From IMG/VR virus record IMGVR_UViG_3300047457_000394: a DNA stretch of 64,000 nucleotides; one strand, 5' to 3'. A model generated the notes under the pieces. That model was given only the letters and a program-made list of their open reading frames with translations, ran no database searches and had not been told where the DNA came from. A program made the position numbers and the translations under genes. This document shows, piece after piece, positions 26,036-35,533 of the stretch (positions within the stretch are counted from its first letter, which is position 1; each line of letters begins with the position of its first letter). This stretch comes from an uncultured virus (IMG/VR IMGVR_UViG_3300047457_000394). Lineage: Duplodnaviria > Heunggongvirae > Uroviricota > Caudoviricetes.

Positions 26036-26527
26036 ATGGCCCCTCTTCTTGCAGGCATCGTATCAAGCTTGATCCAGAACAACCTGCCCAAAGTAGCTCA
26101 GGCGGTCGTGGATAAGGGTCTTGACTATGTTCAGGAGAAGACCGGGATTGAGCTAAAGCCTGACATGAACCCGGAGGAGGTCAAGGCCCTGCGGGAAAGC
26201 GCCATGAAGCATGAGGAGTTCATGGTAGCCCAGGCGAACGCGAATACGGACAGCGCCCGGAAGATGCAGATTGCTGCGCTTCAGCAGGATGACAGGTTCT
26301 CTAAGCGCTTCGTGATGTACCTAGCGATGTTCTGGTCAGCCACGGCGGTGGTGTACATCTTCCTAATTACGTTCACGAACATCCCTGAGTTAAACATTCG
26401 GTTCGCGGATACTATTCTTGGGTTTCTTCTTGGCACAGTAGTGGCGACCATTCTTAACTTCTTCCTTGGTTCTTCTGCGGGGAGTAAGGAAAAGACTGAA
26501 GCCCTAGCTGCGGAGCTTAAGCGATGA
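26036..26527 (+). CDS. Putative holin
   Basis: Two TM segments, ARKMQ..AL and FFLGSSAGSK motifs; precedes the endolysin. Confidence 0.7.
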   Translation: MAPLLAGIVSSLIQNNLPKVAQAVVDKGLDYVQEKTGIELKPDMNPEEVKALRESAMKHEEFMVAQANANTDSARKMQIAALQQDDRFSKRFVMYLAMFWSATAVVYIFLITFTNIPELNIRFADTILGFLLGTVVATILNFFLGSSAGSKEKTEALAAELKR

Positions 26528-27069
26528 AAGAAAACTGGGACTTTGCATACACCAAGCTGATTGGCCATGAAGGCGGATTCACGGACGACGAGCGTGACCC
26601 AGGGAACAAGCTGCCAGATGGGCGCAAAGGTTCAACCAATCTTGGTGTCACGCAACGGGCCTGGGAAGAGCATGTCGGTCATAAGGTGACCCACGAGGAT
26701 ATGAAGGCGCTCACACCAGTGACGGTCAAGCCCTTTTACAAAGCACTGTATTGGGATAAAGTACGGGCAGACGATCTTCCGCACGGGGTGGACTACGTGG
26801 TCTTTGATACCTGTGTAAACTCTGGACCGGGGCGGGCTGCCATGATGCTGCAAGAAGCAGTTGGTGCTAAACCTGATGGTGCAATTGGTCCGATGACATT
26901 AAGCGCCGTGCGTTCGCAGCCTAGTGAACTACTGGTCAAAGACTACTGCGCCCGCCGACTGGCTTTCATGAAGGCCCTGCCTAAGTGGCCGACCTACGGT
27001 GCAGGTTGGGAGCGCCGGGTCAAGGAAGTGGAAGCCATGGCGTTGAAATTGATCCCGATGGCGGTGTGA
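26524..27069 (+). CDS. Endolysin, glycoside hydrolase family 108
   Basis: HEGG, DPG..TNLGVT, YWD, FDTCVNSGPGRA, DGAIGPMTL, GW.RR. Confidence 0.92.
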   Translation: MKENWDFAYTKLIGHEGGFTDDERDPGNKLPDGRKGSTNLGVTQRAWEEHVGHKVTHEDMKALTPVTVKPFYKALYWDKVRADDLPHGVDYVVFDTCVNSGPGRAAMMLQEAVGAKPDGAIGPMTLSAVRSQPSELLVKDYCARRLAFMKALPKWPTYGAGWERRVKEVEAMALKLIPMAV

Positions 27070-27070
27070 C

Positions 27071-29185
27071 GTGCCAATAAAGAAACTTCAGCTCAAGCCC
27101 GGTGTAAACCGCGAGAACACCCGCTACACCACCGAAGGTGGGTGGTATGAGAGCCAGTGGGCTCGTTTCCGCCAAGGCACCCCTGAGAAGATCGGCGGTT
27201 GGGAACGCATTTCGGCAAACACCTTCCTTGGTACGTGCCGGTCGCTATGGGCGTGGGCTACTCTGCGTGGGCAAAAGCTTATTGGGGTGATGACTAGCCT
27301 GCGTCAATACATTGCGTACAACGGGCAGTATAACTTCATTGGTGGTAACGCTACGTCTACGGTCTACACCGGCTTCACGGTTTCAGCTACTACTGGGTCT
27401 TCAATCATAACGATAAACCTCTTGCCCGTACCAAACAGCACGTACTACGCAGGCTCTTGGATAACACTGTCAAAAGCAACATCTCTTGGCGGCAACATCA
27501 CGGCGGCGGTGTTAAACCAAACACATACAATTTTGACTGCAAGTATTGTAGGTAGCACGTTGACAATTGACGTTGGTGTAGCAGCTAACGCTTCAGACGT
27601 AGGTAATGGTGGTGCGAGTATTGAGGCTGTCGTTAATGAGCCGGTGTACAGCAATCTGTATAGCCAAGCTAACTTTGGGCAGGATTTGGTGTTTGGGCGG
27701 CGCGGCGGCGCTATGTTTATTTGGGATGCAGGCCGAGCGTTTCTCCTAAACAACTCTAACGTCGTCACGATTTCAATTGGCTCAAACGCTATTGTCACAA
27801 CATCAGTTAATGATTTCGGCGGGACGCAACGGTTCCCCGTGCAGTTTGAGACGACTGGAGCGTTACCAACCGGTTTAACTCCTGGGACTACGTACTACTT
27901 GGGAGGCCCTAACGGCTACCCTACAAACCAGTTCTATATCTATGCTGCGCTGACTGGTGGGACGCCCATAACAACTTCTGGTAGCCAGTCTGGTACACAT
28001 ACCATCAGCATGGCTTCGATCCCACAAAGCGCGATCGCAACGGTGGCTGCTGATGCAATCACGGCACAGAACTTCATTCTTGTCTCAGACGTTTACCGGT
28101 TTGTGTTTGCGTTTGGGGTTGTGGATTATGGCCAAGCCGCGACCGCTCCGGCTCCCTACGAAGCAGGGTATATCGACCCTATGCTGATCCGCTGGTCGGA
28201 TCAAGAGGATTACTCAAACTGGACACCCGCAGCGACAAACCAAGCCGGTAGCTTACGACTTTCTAGTGGGTCCGAGATCATCACAGCTTTGCAAGCTCGC
28301 CAAGAGGTCTTGGTTTGGACTGATGTAGCTATTTATTCCTTGCAGTATCTTGGCGCTCCGGAAGTTTGGGGTGCGCAGATTATGGGCGACAACATATCGA
28401 TTATTAGCCAAAACGCCGCTGCTTACGCTAACAGTACCGCTTACTGGATGGGTGTTGATAAGTTCTATACCTACAACGGTAGAGTGCAGACCCTACGGTG
28501 CGACCTCCGGCAGTATATCTTTAGTGACATCAATACCGCTCAGTATGCTCAGATATTTGCTGGTACGAGCGAAGGCTTCAACGAAGTTTGGTGGTTCTAC
28601 TGTTCTGCTAACTCTAGCACCGTCGATCGGTACGTCATATACAACTACGCCGAAGATATCTGGTACTACGGCAACTTAGCAAGAACGGCATGGCGGGACT
28701 CTGGGCTTTTCAATTACCCCCTTGCTGCAACCTACAGTAATAACCTTGTGTACCACGAGTACGGCGTAGACGACAACACCACGGGCACCCCTGCAGCTAT
28801 TACGGCTTCCATCACATCCTCTGAGTTTGACTTGGATGACGGCGATCGCTTCATGTTTGTGCGCCGTGTGTTGCCGGACATTACGTTTCGTGGTTCGACT
28901 GCAGGTAGCCCGAGCGGTACACTGACTCTCAAGCCTTTGAAGAACTCCGGTTCCGGCTATAACGACCCCGAATCTGTAGGCGGTGACAGTAATGCGGCTG
29001 TTACTCGGACAGCAACCGTGCCAGTGGAGGAGTTTACGGGGCAGGTGTATATCCGCATCCGAGGCCGTCAAGTCGCTATGAAGTTTGAATCTACTGGGCT
29101 CGGTGTGGCGTGGCAGCTTGGTTCGATGCGGTTGGATATGAAGCCGGATGGACGTGCGTCGGGCTCTGGCGTCTCTGGCGGTTAA
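27071..29185 (+). CDS. Tail tubular/stabilisation protein (P22 gp10 / tail tube B-like)
   Basis: KPGVNRE...PEKIGGW, IRWSDQED, NQAGSLRL, FNEVWWFY. Confidence 0.7.
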   Translation: MPIKKLQLKPGVNRENTRYTTEGGWYESQWARFRQGTPEKIGGWERISANTFLGTCRSLWAWATLRGQKLIGVMTSLRQYIAYNGQYNFIGGNATSTVYTGFTVSATTGSSIITINLLPVPNSTYYAGSWITLSKATSLGGNITAAVLNQTHTILTASIVGSTLTIDVGVAANASDVGNGGASIEAVVNEPVYSNLYSQANFGQDLVFGRRGGAMFIWDAGRAFLLNNSNVVTISIGSNAIVTTSVNDFGGTQRFPVQFETTGALPTGLTPGTTYYLGGPNGYPTNQFYIYAALTGGTPITTSGSQSGTHTISMASIPQSAIATVAADAITAQNFILVSDVYRFVFAFGVVDYGQAATAPAPYEAGYIDPMLIRWSDQEDYSNWTPAATNQAGSLRLSSGSEIITALQARQEVLVWTDVAIYSLQYLGAPEVWGAQIMGDNISIISQNAAAYANSTAYWMGVDKFYTYNGRVQTLRCDLRQYIFSDINTAQYAQIFAGTSEGFNEVWWFYCSANSSTVDRYVIYNYAEDIWYYGNLARTAWRDSGLFNYPLAATYSNNLVYHEYGVDDNTTGTPAAITASITSSEFDLDDGDRFMFVRRVLPDITFRGSTAGSPSGTLTLKPLKNSGSGYNDPESVGGDSNAAVTRTATVPVEEFTGQVYIRIRGRQVAMKFESTGLGVAWQLGSMRLDMKPDGRASGSGVSGG

Positions 29186-29194
29186 GGAACCCCC

Positions 29195-30583
29195 ATGACA
29201 TTTATTGTCACTTCAGACTACGAACTGCAGCGAGTTGCACCACCTGCGTTACCAACTGCATCAAATGAATACTCCAAGCTTTATCAAGACCAGCTTAATA
29301 ATGCGTTGCGTCTATACTTCAACCGGCTTACCGGTGTTTTGGGGCAACTGATGGCGTCTTCCGATCTTTTCCCGGTACCGTTGCCAGTATCTATCGGCGG
29401 CACTAACGTAGACGCCTTTGGCCGTTTGCGCGTCAGTCAGCCATACACACTATTTGACAGCCAAAACCGATACGCTAAGGATGCACAGTTTAGCGAATCG
29501 CTAACTTCAGGTGGTTCGGCTACCTATCTTCCTAACGAAGCAACGGTCCGGCTTGGGGTTACGACATCATCAACTAGCAAAGCGGTTAGGCAATCGTTTC
29601 GGGTGTTTCCTTACCAGCCGGGTAAGGGCTTGCTGGTCATGGCGACGTTTGTTATGGCTGATGCGCAGGAGAACCTTCGGCAGCGAGTTGGGTACTTCAA
29701 TACCGGTAACGGAGTGTTTTTCCAAAAGACTAACGCAACTAATGCGTTTGTACTCCGTACCAGTACGTCTGGCTCTCCAAGCGACGTGCGGACTGTTAAC
29801 CAAGCAGATTGGAACGGTGACAAGCTCGACGGCACTGGCGCTTCCGGGTTTACTTTAAACACTTCCAAAGCACAAATCCTGTGGATGGACTTTGAGTGGC
29901 TGGGCGTGGGCTCGGTGAGGTGCGGGTTCATCATCAATGGCCAGTACATCGTGTGTCATACGTTCAACAACGCGAATGACCAAGATAAAGTCTATATGAC
30001 TACGGCAATTTTGCCCGTCCGGTATGAGCTTGAAAACATTGGAACTGTATTCTCGTCCTCCAATTTGAGGCAAATTTGTTCCTCTGTAATTTCCGAAGGT
30101 GGATATGAACAGACTTCAGTTGACCATGTAGCGAGACGCACCACGGTTCTGGGCACGATCGGTGGGACCTTCTTGCCTTTGGTGTCAATTCGTTTGGCGT
30201 CTACGGCGCTGGGTGCAGTGGTGTTGCCAAATCGGGTGCAGGTGTTGCCTACGACAAGCCAAAACTACGAAGTGGCACTGATCAAGAATCCGACTTTGAC
30301 GGGAGCTTCTTGGGCAGCGGTGTCTACAGATGCCAACGTCGAATTTGACGTGGCCGCCACCGCTACCACGGGTGGATCGATAGTGCAGACAGATTACGTC
30401 ACGGCATCAGGCTCTTCCGGGATATCCAACACGTCGCTGCCCAACGCATACAACTTTGACCTGCAGTTGGGTGTATCGATTGCGGGCACAAGTGACATCT
30501 ACACTGTTGCAATTAGAACCGTCTCTGGGGCGACTACGGGTGATGCAGTTGGGTCGCTGTCGTTCTACGACTTGACGATATAG
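29195..30583 (+). CDS. Putative virion structural protein
   Basis: LRLYFN N-terminal part joined to a DAFGRLRVS...YQPGK...EWLGVGSVR domain. Confidence 0.65.
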   Translation: MTFIVTSDYELQRVAPPALPTASNEYSKLYQDQLNNALRLYFNRLTGVLGQLMASSDLFPVPLPVSIGGTNVDAFGRLRVSQPYTLFDSQNRYAKDAQFSESLTSGGSATYLPNEATVRLGVTTSSTSKAVRQSFRVFPYQPGKGLLVMATFVMADAQENLRQRVGYFNTGNGVFFQKTNATNAFVLRTSTSGSPSDVRTVNQADWNGDKLDGTGASGFTLNTSKAQILWMDFEWLGVGSVRCGFIINGQYIVCHTFNNANDQDKVYMTTAILPVRYELENIGTVFSSSNLRQICSSVISEGGYEQTSVDHVARRTTVLGTIGGTFLPLVSIRLASTALGAVVLPNRVQVLPTTSQNYEVALIKNPTLTGASWAAVSTDANVEFDVAATATTGGSIVQTDYVTASGSSGISNTSLPNAYNFDLQLGVSIAGTSDIYTVAIRTVSGATTGDAVGSLSFYDLTI

Positions 30584-30591
30584 GTGCGGTA

Positions 30592-33435
30592 ATGGCTTTA
30601 GAATATTACACAGTGCCGTGGCAACAAAATTGGGATCAAAAATCGTGGGATCAAAAAAGCTATTGGGACAAAATTGGTGATTTATTTACGGTTGGCAAAT
30701 ATTGGCCCTACGACAAAATAATAACTTTATTTGGAGAGGAGCACGGGAAGGTATATGCTGAACAACTTGGGGTTGACCCAGATGATACACATTTAATTGC
30801 GGAAAAAAGAAGGGAACTTGATAGAATTAAAAAAAATGAAGAAAAAAACGCTAAAGCTGCACAAGTAGAAGCGGAGCGTGTTGCAAAAGCTCAAGCTGAT
30901 GAGGCAAAAAGGGAGGCGGAACAAGCTAAACAAGAAGCTGAAAGAGTAGCGGCTGCTGAGCGGGCTAAACAAGAAGCTATAAAGGCGAGAGAGAATCGTC
31001 TTGCTGGATTAAGTACGTCTGAAGCCTATGAAAACATACTAAAAGAATTGCGGTATCAATCTGATGCGTTAAAAAATGCAGGGCTATATGAAAAAGTTTG
31101 GCGCCCAGGAGCTGATACAGATTTAGTCATAGAAAACATGGCCTCCAGACTTGCAGAATCTGGAGTTAAAACAATCAGAGATTTGCAACTTGGTACCGTC
31201 CCTGGTGAACCTCAGATTATCGGGGCTGATAACGAGCATGTCGTTTATGGCCCTGGGCCAGATCGCCAAGCATTAATTAATACTCGAACAGGGCAGGAAA
31301 TCGCCCCTCAGTACGCATTCGCAGACATTGGGGGAGGTGGATCTACATGGGGCGGCACATTTGCTGGCCCTGGTTCTACTAGATACACGATTAACTTTGT
31401 AAACGGCGTACCTGTATTTGGGGCGCAACAACAAGCCACGGTTAAATCTGGGCTAGAGTCAATTGCTGGGCCTGCTCTTGGGGCGCTTGCCACTTATCTA
31501 AGTGCTGGCACGCTTGGCCCAGCTGTTGCTGCTGCGTTGGGCGGTGGATTGTCTGGACTTGTTAGCACTGGTGAAATTGAAGGCGCTTTAAAGGGTGCTG
31601 CACTTGGTTATGTTGGCGCGTCAATCGCCCCAGTTGTTGCAGATCAGACAGGGTTTGCGGTTGGATCAGCGGCTAATCAAGCTATAAGTTCAGGTATTAC
31701 CGCTGCACTAAAAGGTGGTGACTTTGAGGATATTGCCTTGGCGGCAGTTTCAGGTGGCGTCGCTGCTGGAACTAATGCGTTCATAAAAGACCTCGGCGTT
31801 GATCTTCCAAACGTTGTAACTAACGCTGCGTCTGCAGCAGTTAAAGCTGCTATTAGTGGTAAGGATATTGAATCCGCTGTGGTTGGGTCACTTATCGGTT
31901 CCGGTTTTAAGGCAATCAGTGAGCCCGCCGTCAGTGATACATACCCTGAAGAGTTTCAAAGAGGCACCGCTAAAGATATCACCGAAGCGTTTACGGATCT
32001 TCAGCTTCCCACTGACTACGGCGCAGAGCCGTTTAAGCTTGCAGAAGATTTTGGTTTTTCTGATATTGCAGGTATCGATCAACCAAGAATTTATGATATT
32101 GCAGGTATCGACCAACCAAGAATTTCTGATATTGCAGGTATCGATCAGCCATTCATAGAAGATGTTGGGCCGGTGCTGACAGGTCCTCGGCTTCTTACTG
32201 AGCCGGGGCTGACGGGTCCTCAGCTTCCCACTGACTTTGTAGCTGATTACGGCGGAGAGCCGTTTAAGCTAGCAGAATATTTTGGTTTTTCTGATATTGC
32301 AGGTATTGATCAGCCATTCATAGAAGATGTTGGGCCGGGGCTGACGGATGTTGATAGCACTGCGGCAGATGCTATAGCAGATAAAGACGTTATAGACTTT
32401 ATAGATTCTATACCTGATGATGAACTTCTTGACATTGGCCAAGACCTTGGCGATATCACTACTTCGATTGACGAAGATCTGTTAAACCTTCCTATTGGCT
32501 TAGACCTGGATACTGGAGCTGATACTGGGCTTTCAGACGATGAGCTGCTGGACTTGGCGCTTGGGACCGATGAGTCGCCTCCTGGTGGCGGCACTGACGA
32601 CCCCTTCAAGGGTGTAACCGACTATGAAGAGCAAGCTGGTACTGACTTGGGTGAAGCCCAGCAAGAGTTTGAAGACTCAGGTACTGTGCTTGATGATTTA
32701 ACGGGCGGTGTCGGTGGTCCTGGGTCTAGCTATGAAACCGGTGAAGGGCTTCCGGGCGAAGAAGCTGCAGATGATGAAGATCCCTTCAAAGGTGTCGTTG
32801 ACTACGAAGAGCAAGCTGGCAAGGATTTAGCTGACGCTGAGAAAGACCAAGAGCTAATTAACTACGAAGAGCAAGCTGGCAAGGATTTAGCTGACGCTGA
32901 GAAAGACCAAGAGCTAATTAACTACGAAGAGCAAGCTGGCAAGGATTTAGCTGACGCTGAGGAAGCTTTTGAAGACTCCGGCGTTGTGCTGGATGACTTG
33001 ACAGGTGGAACTGGCGGAACTGGCGGAACTGGCGGAACTGGCGGAACTGGCGGAACTGGCGGAACTGGCGGAACTGGCGGAACTGGCGGAACTGGCGGAA
33101 CTGGCGGAACTGGCGGAACTGGGACTGGGACTGGGACTGGGACTGGGACTGGGACTGGGACTGGGACTGGAACTACACCTGCACCTGCACCTGCACCTGC
33201 ACCTGCACCAGCGACCCCATCAGCGTTTGATATCTTCAGTTTGCTGGCATCTTTAGGTATGCTAGGGGGTGGCGCACAACAGCGCCAACAACAGGCACCG
33301 CCTCCTTATACCGGTGCGGATATCGGGGAGATCACCCCGTTCGAAGAGTTCTTCACGCCGTACAGCGACTACTTCTACCAACCGCCTGAACCCCAGACGC
33401 AAACCCAAACTAACCGGGATACAAGACGAGGCTGA
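30592..33435 (+). CDS. Large acidic, repeat-rich protein; putative internal virion/ejection protein
   Basis: 947-aa ORF in the ejection-gene region; Gly/Ala hydrophobic middle; several tandem repeats. Confidence 0.6.
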   Translation: MALEYYTVPWQQNWDQKSWDQKSYWDKIGDLFTVGKYWPYDKIITLFGEEHGKVYAEQLGVDPDDTHLIAEKRRELDRIKKNEEKNAKAAQVEAERVAKAQADEAKREAEQAKQEAERVAAAERAKQEAIKARENRLAGLSTSEAYENILKELRYQSDALKNAGLYEKVWRPGADTDLVIENMASRLAESGVKTIRDLQLGTVPGEPQIIGADNEHVVYGPGPDRQALINTRTGQEIAPQYAFADIGGGGSTWGGTFAGPGSTRYTINFVNGVPVFGAQQQATVKSGLESIAGPALGALATYLSAGTLGPAVAAALGGGLSGLVSTGEIEGALKGAALGYVGASIAPVVADQTGFAVGSAANQAISSGITAALKGGDFEDIALAAVSGGVAAGTNAFIKDLGVDLPNVVTNAASAAVKAAISGKDIESAVVGSLIGSGFKAISEPAVSDTYPEEFQRGTAKDITEAFTDLQLPTDYGAEPFKLAEDFGFSDIAGIDQPRIYDIAGIDQPRISDIAGIDQPFIEDVGPVLTGPRLLTEPGLTGPQLPTDFVADYGGEPFKLAEYFGFSDIAGIDQPFIEDVGPGLTDVDSTAADAIADKDVIDFIDSIPDDELLDIGQDLGDITTSIDEDLLNLPIGLDLDTGADTGLSDDELLDLALGTDESPPGGGTDDPFKGVTDYEEQAGTDLGEAQQEFEDSGTVLDDLTGGVGGPGSSYETGEGLPGEEAADDEDPFKGVVDYEEQAGKDLADAEKDQELINYEEQAGKDLADAEKDQELINYEEQAGKDLADAEEAFEDSGVVLDDLTGGTGGTGGTGGTGGTGGTGGTGGTGGTGGTGGTGGTGGTGTGTGTGTGTGTGTGTGTTPAPAPAPAPAPATPSAFDIFSLLASLGMLGGGAQQRQQQAPPPYTGADIGEITPFEEFFTPYSDYFYQPPEPQTQTQTNRDTRRG
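32801..32961 (+). repeat. 60-bp in-frame tandem repeat (~2.7 copies)
   Basis: Exact repeats encoding YEEQAGKDLADAEKDQELIN. Confidence 0.9.
33004..33210 (+). repeat. Compound coding microsatellite (GGCGGAACT)12-(GGGACT)8-(GCACCT)4
   Basis: Directly visible; encodes (GGT)n(GT)n(PA)n. Confidence 0.95.
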
Positions 33436-33436
33436 T

Positions 33437-34696
33437 ATGGATATTTGGGACCTTATAAGCAGTACAGGCGAAGGCGGCGCGGATCAAAGCTGGTGGGATA
33501 CTTTTAATTTTGACGATATCGATTATGGGGAGTGGAGCAAAGTCTTAAGCGACCTTCCTGATAGCTGGTGGACTTCGATTGGTGTAGACCCTACTGACAT
33601 TACTTCTGTAGGCGGCTCTGGGTCTAGCTATGGGACTGGAGAAGGACTTCCTGGTGAAGAAGCCGCTGCAGGTAGTCAGGGTGGCTCAGGTGGTACTGGC
33701 AATGTCTTAACCGGTGTCGGTGGCTCTGGGTCTAGTTATGGGACTGGGGTTGGAGCACCCGGCGAAGAAGCAGCTGCAGGTAGTCAAGGTGGCTCAGGTG
33801 GTACTGGCAATATATTGCCCAAAGATAACGTCACAAACATCCTAAAAAAGATATTTGTAAATGACGATGGCGGTATTAACCCGCTTGGCATTCTTGGTGC
33901 TACTGCCCTTTTACCAAAACTGTTTGGCGATAGCAAATCAAGCACGCCAGCCCCCTCGGGCTATCAAGGCGGCGTTCCTAAGTACACAGCGGTTCGTGAG
34001 CGCGTAGCGGGTACTACTGATCCTGAACGTCGTCCTGGTTCAGGCGGGCGTCGTTATTTCTCAGACATTTCCTATGCGCCTAAGACGGGCGTCGCTGCTG
34101 ATGCTGAGAAAGATGCCGCTGCGCTTGCTGCTGCAAAGACCGCCGCCCAAGAACAAGCTGCAGGACTCGCAACCCTCAACACTTCCAACCCGGCATACGA
34201 GAAGCGCCCAGCTTCTGTGCTTCCGCCAAAAACTACTGATACTACAAAGCCAGTAACCACCCCACCCCTAGCAGCTTCAGGAGTTGCCCAACTCCTACCG
34301 GTCATGGAGCCCAAGCTGATTGAGCAGTATATGGCGGATAAGGCGTTTGTCGGACCTCGGCAGCAAACTGAACCTGCGTCCGCAGTTCCAGACCTTTCAA
34401 TCCCCATCACAGCCGCTCGTGGTGGGCTTATGAACCTTGCTCGTGGACGCTACTTGAACGGTTCAAGCGATGGGATGGCAGACAAGATTCCCGCTACAAT
34501 CGAAGACAAGCAACCTGCACGTCTAAGCCATGGGGAGTTTGTGGTGCCCGCTGATGTCGTAAGCCACTTAGGTAACGGCAACTCTGAGGCTGGTGCGCAG
34601 CGTCTGTACTCCATGATGGACAAGATTCGCAAAGCCCGCACGGGTACCACCAAGCAGGGCAAACAGATCAACCCGAACAAATATCTTCCTGCGTGA
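33437..34696 (+). CDS. Putative internal virion protein
   Basis: GAGG RBS; C-terminal DGMADKIPA...RLSHGEFVVPADVVSHLGNG motif; internal duplication with 111-bp period. Confidence 0.7.
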   Translation: MDIWDLISSTGEGGADQSWWDTFNFDDIDYGEWSKVLSDLPDSWWTSIGVDPTDITSVGGSGSSYGTGEGLPGEEAAAGSQGGSGGTGNVLTGVGGSGSSYGTGVGAPGEEAAAGSQGGSGGTGNILPKDNVTNILKKIFVNDDGGINPLGILGATALLPKLFGDSKSSTPAPSGYQGGVPKYTAVRERVAGTTDPERRPGSGGRRYFSDISYAPKTGVAADAEKDAAALAAAKTAAQEQAAGLATLNTSNPAYEKRPASVLPPKTTDTTKPVTTPPLAASGVAQLLPVMEPKLIEQYMADKAFVGPRQQTEPASAVPDLSIPITAARGGLMNLARGRYLNGSSDGMADKIPATIEDKQPARLSHGEFVVPADVVSHLGNGNSEAGAQRLYSMMDKIRKARTGTTKQGKQINPNKYLPA

Positions 34697-34703
34697 GGCA
34701 GCT

Positions 34704-35531
34704 ATGTACAGATTCCAAGCCGGTGGTGAAGTTGATCCCCTTACAGGCAAGCAAACAAGCACTGAGTCTTCCCTATCCACGTGGGCGGGGGATTATGTCA
34801 CCGACATGCTGGGGCGCGGGCAAGCAGTTGCTAAGACGCCTTACGAAGCCTACACCGGACCGCTGACTGCAGGTCCGTCTGAACTCCAGACCAAAGCGTT
34901 TGAAGGGATTGCGGGGCTTTCGATTCCGACTGCAGACCAGACCTCATACACGCCCGGCACGTTTACAGCAGAGTCCGCACAAAGTTACATGAACCCATAT
35001 CTGATGGCGGCGCTTCAGCCTCAGATTGACGAAGCTCGTAGACAGGCTGAGATTGATCGGGTTATGCAGGCTGGGCGTCTGGGTCGTGCAGGTGCGTATG
35101 GTGGCGGTCGTCAAGCCATCATGGAGTCTGAGCTTACTCGTAATCTTGCTTCTAACCTTTCGGGTATCACAGGTCGTGGGTATCAGACTGCGTATGACAA
35201 AGCGATGGATCAGTTCAATACCGAGCAGAATCGGCAAATGCAGGCTGCAGGGCAGGCCCAACGGTATGGACTTGAAGCTTTAGGCGCTCAGACAAGTGCG
35301 GGCGCAATGCAACGTGGTATCGATCAAGAAGGTGTTGCAGCCGACATCAAGCAATTTGAAGAAGAGCGCGACTATCCATACAAGCAAATTCAATTTGAGC
35401 AATCGTTGCTCAAAGGCTTGCCGCTTCAGTCTGCAACTTATGGGTATCAACCGCCGTCAGGTATCTCCGAATTTATGGGCACCAGCGCAGGCATCCTGCG
35501 GTTCCTAAAAGAAATTGGCATCATCAAGTAA
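34704..35531 (+). CDS. Putative DNA ejection/transfer protein
   Basis: SYMNPY...AGAYGGGRQAI...FEEERDYPY. Confidence 0.65.
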   Translation: MYRFQAGGEVDPLTGKQTSTESSLSTWAGDYVTDMLGRGQAVAKTPYEAYTGPLTAGPSELQTKAFEGIAGLSIPTADQTSYTPGTFTAESAQSYMNPYLMAALQPQIDEARRQAEIDRVMQAGRLGRAGAYGGGRQAIMESELTRNLASNLSGITGRGYQTAYDKAMDQFNTEQNRQMQAAGQAQRYGLEALGAQTSAGAMQRGIDQEGVAADIKQFEEERDYPYKQIQFEQSLLKGLPLQSATYGYQPPSGISEFMGTSAGILRFLKEIGIIK

Positions 35532-35533
35532 GG

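Noticed and set aside
33005..33256. ORF of ELA/GL/HL repeats
   Set aside because: Alternative-frame reading of the microsatellite; no RBS
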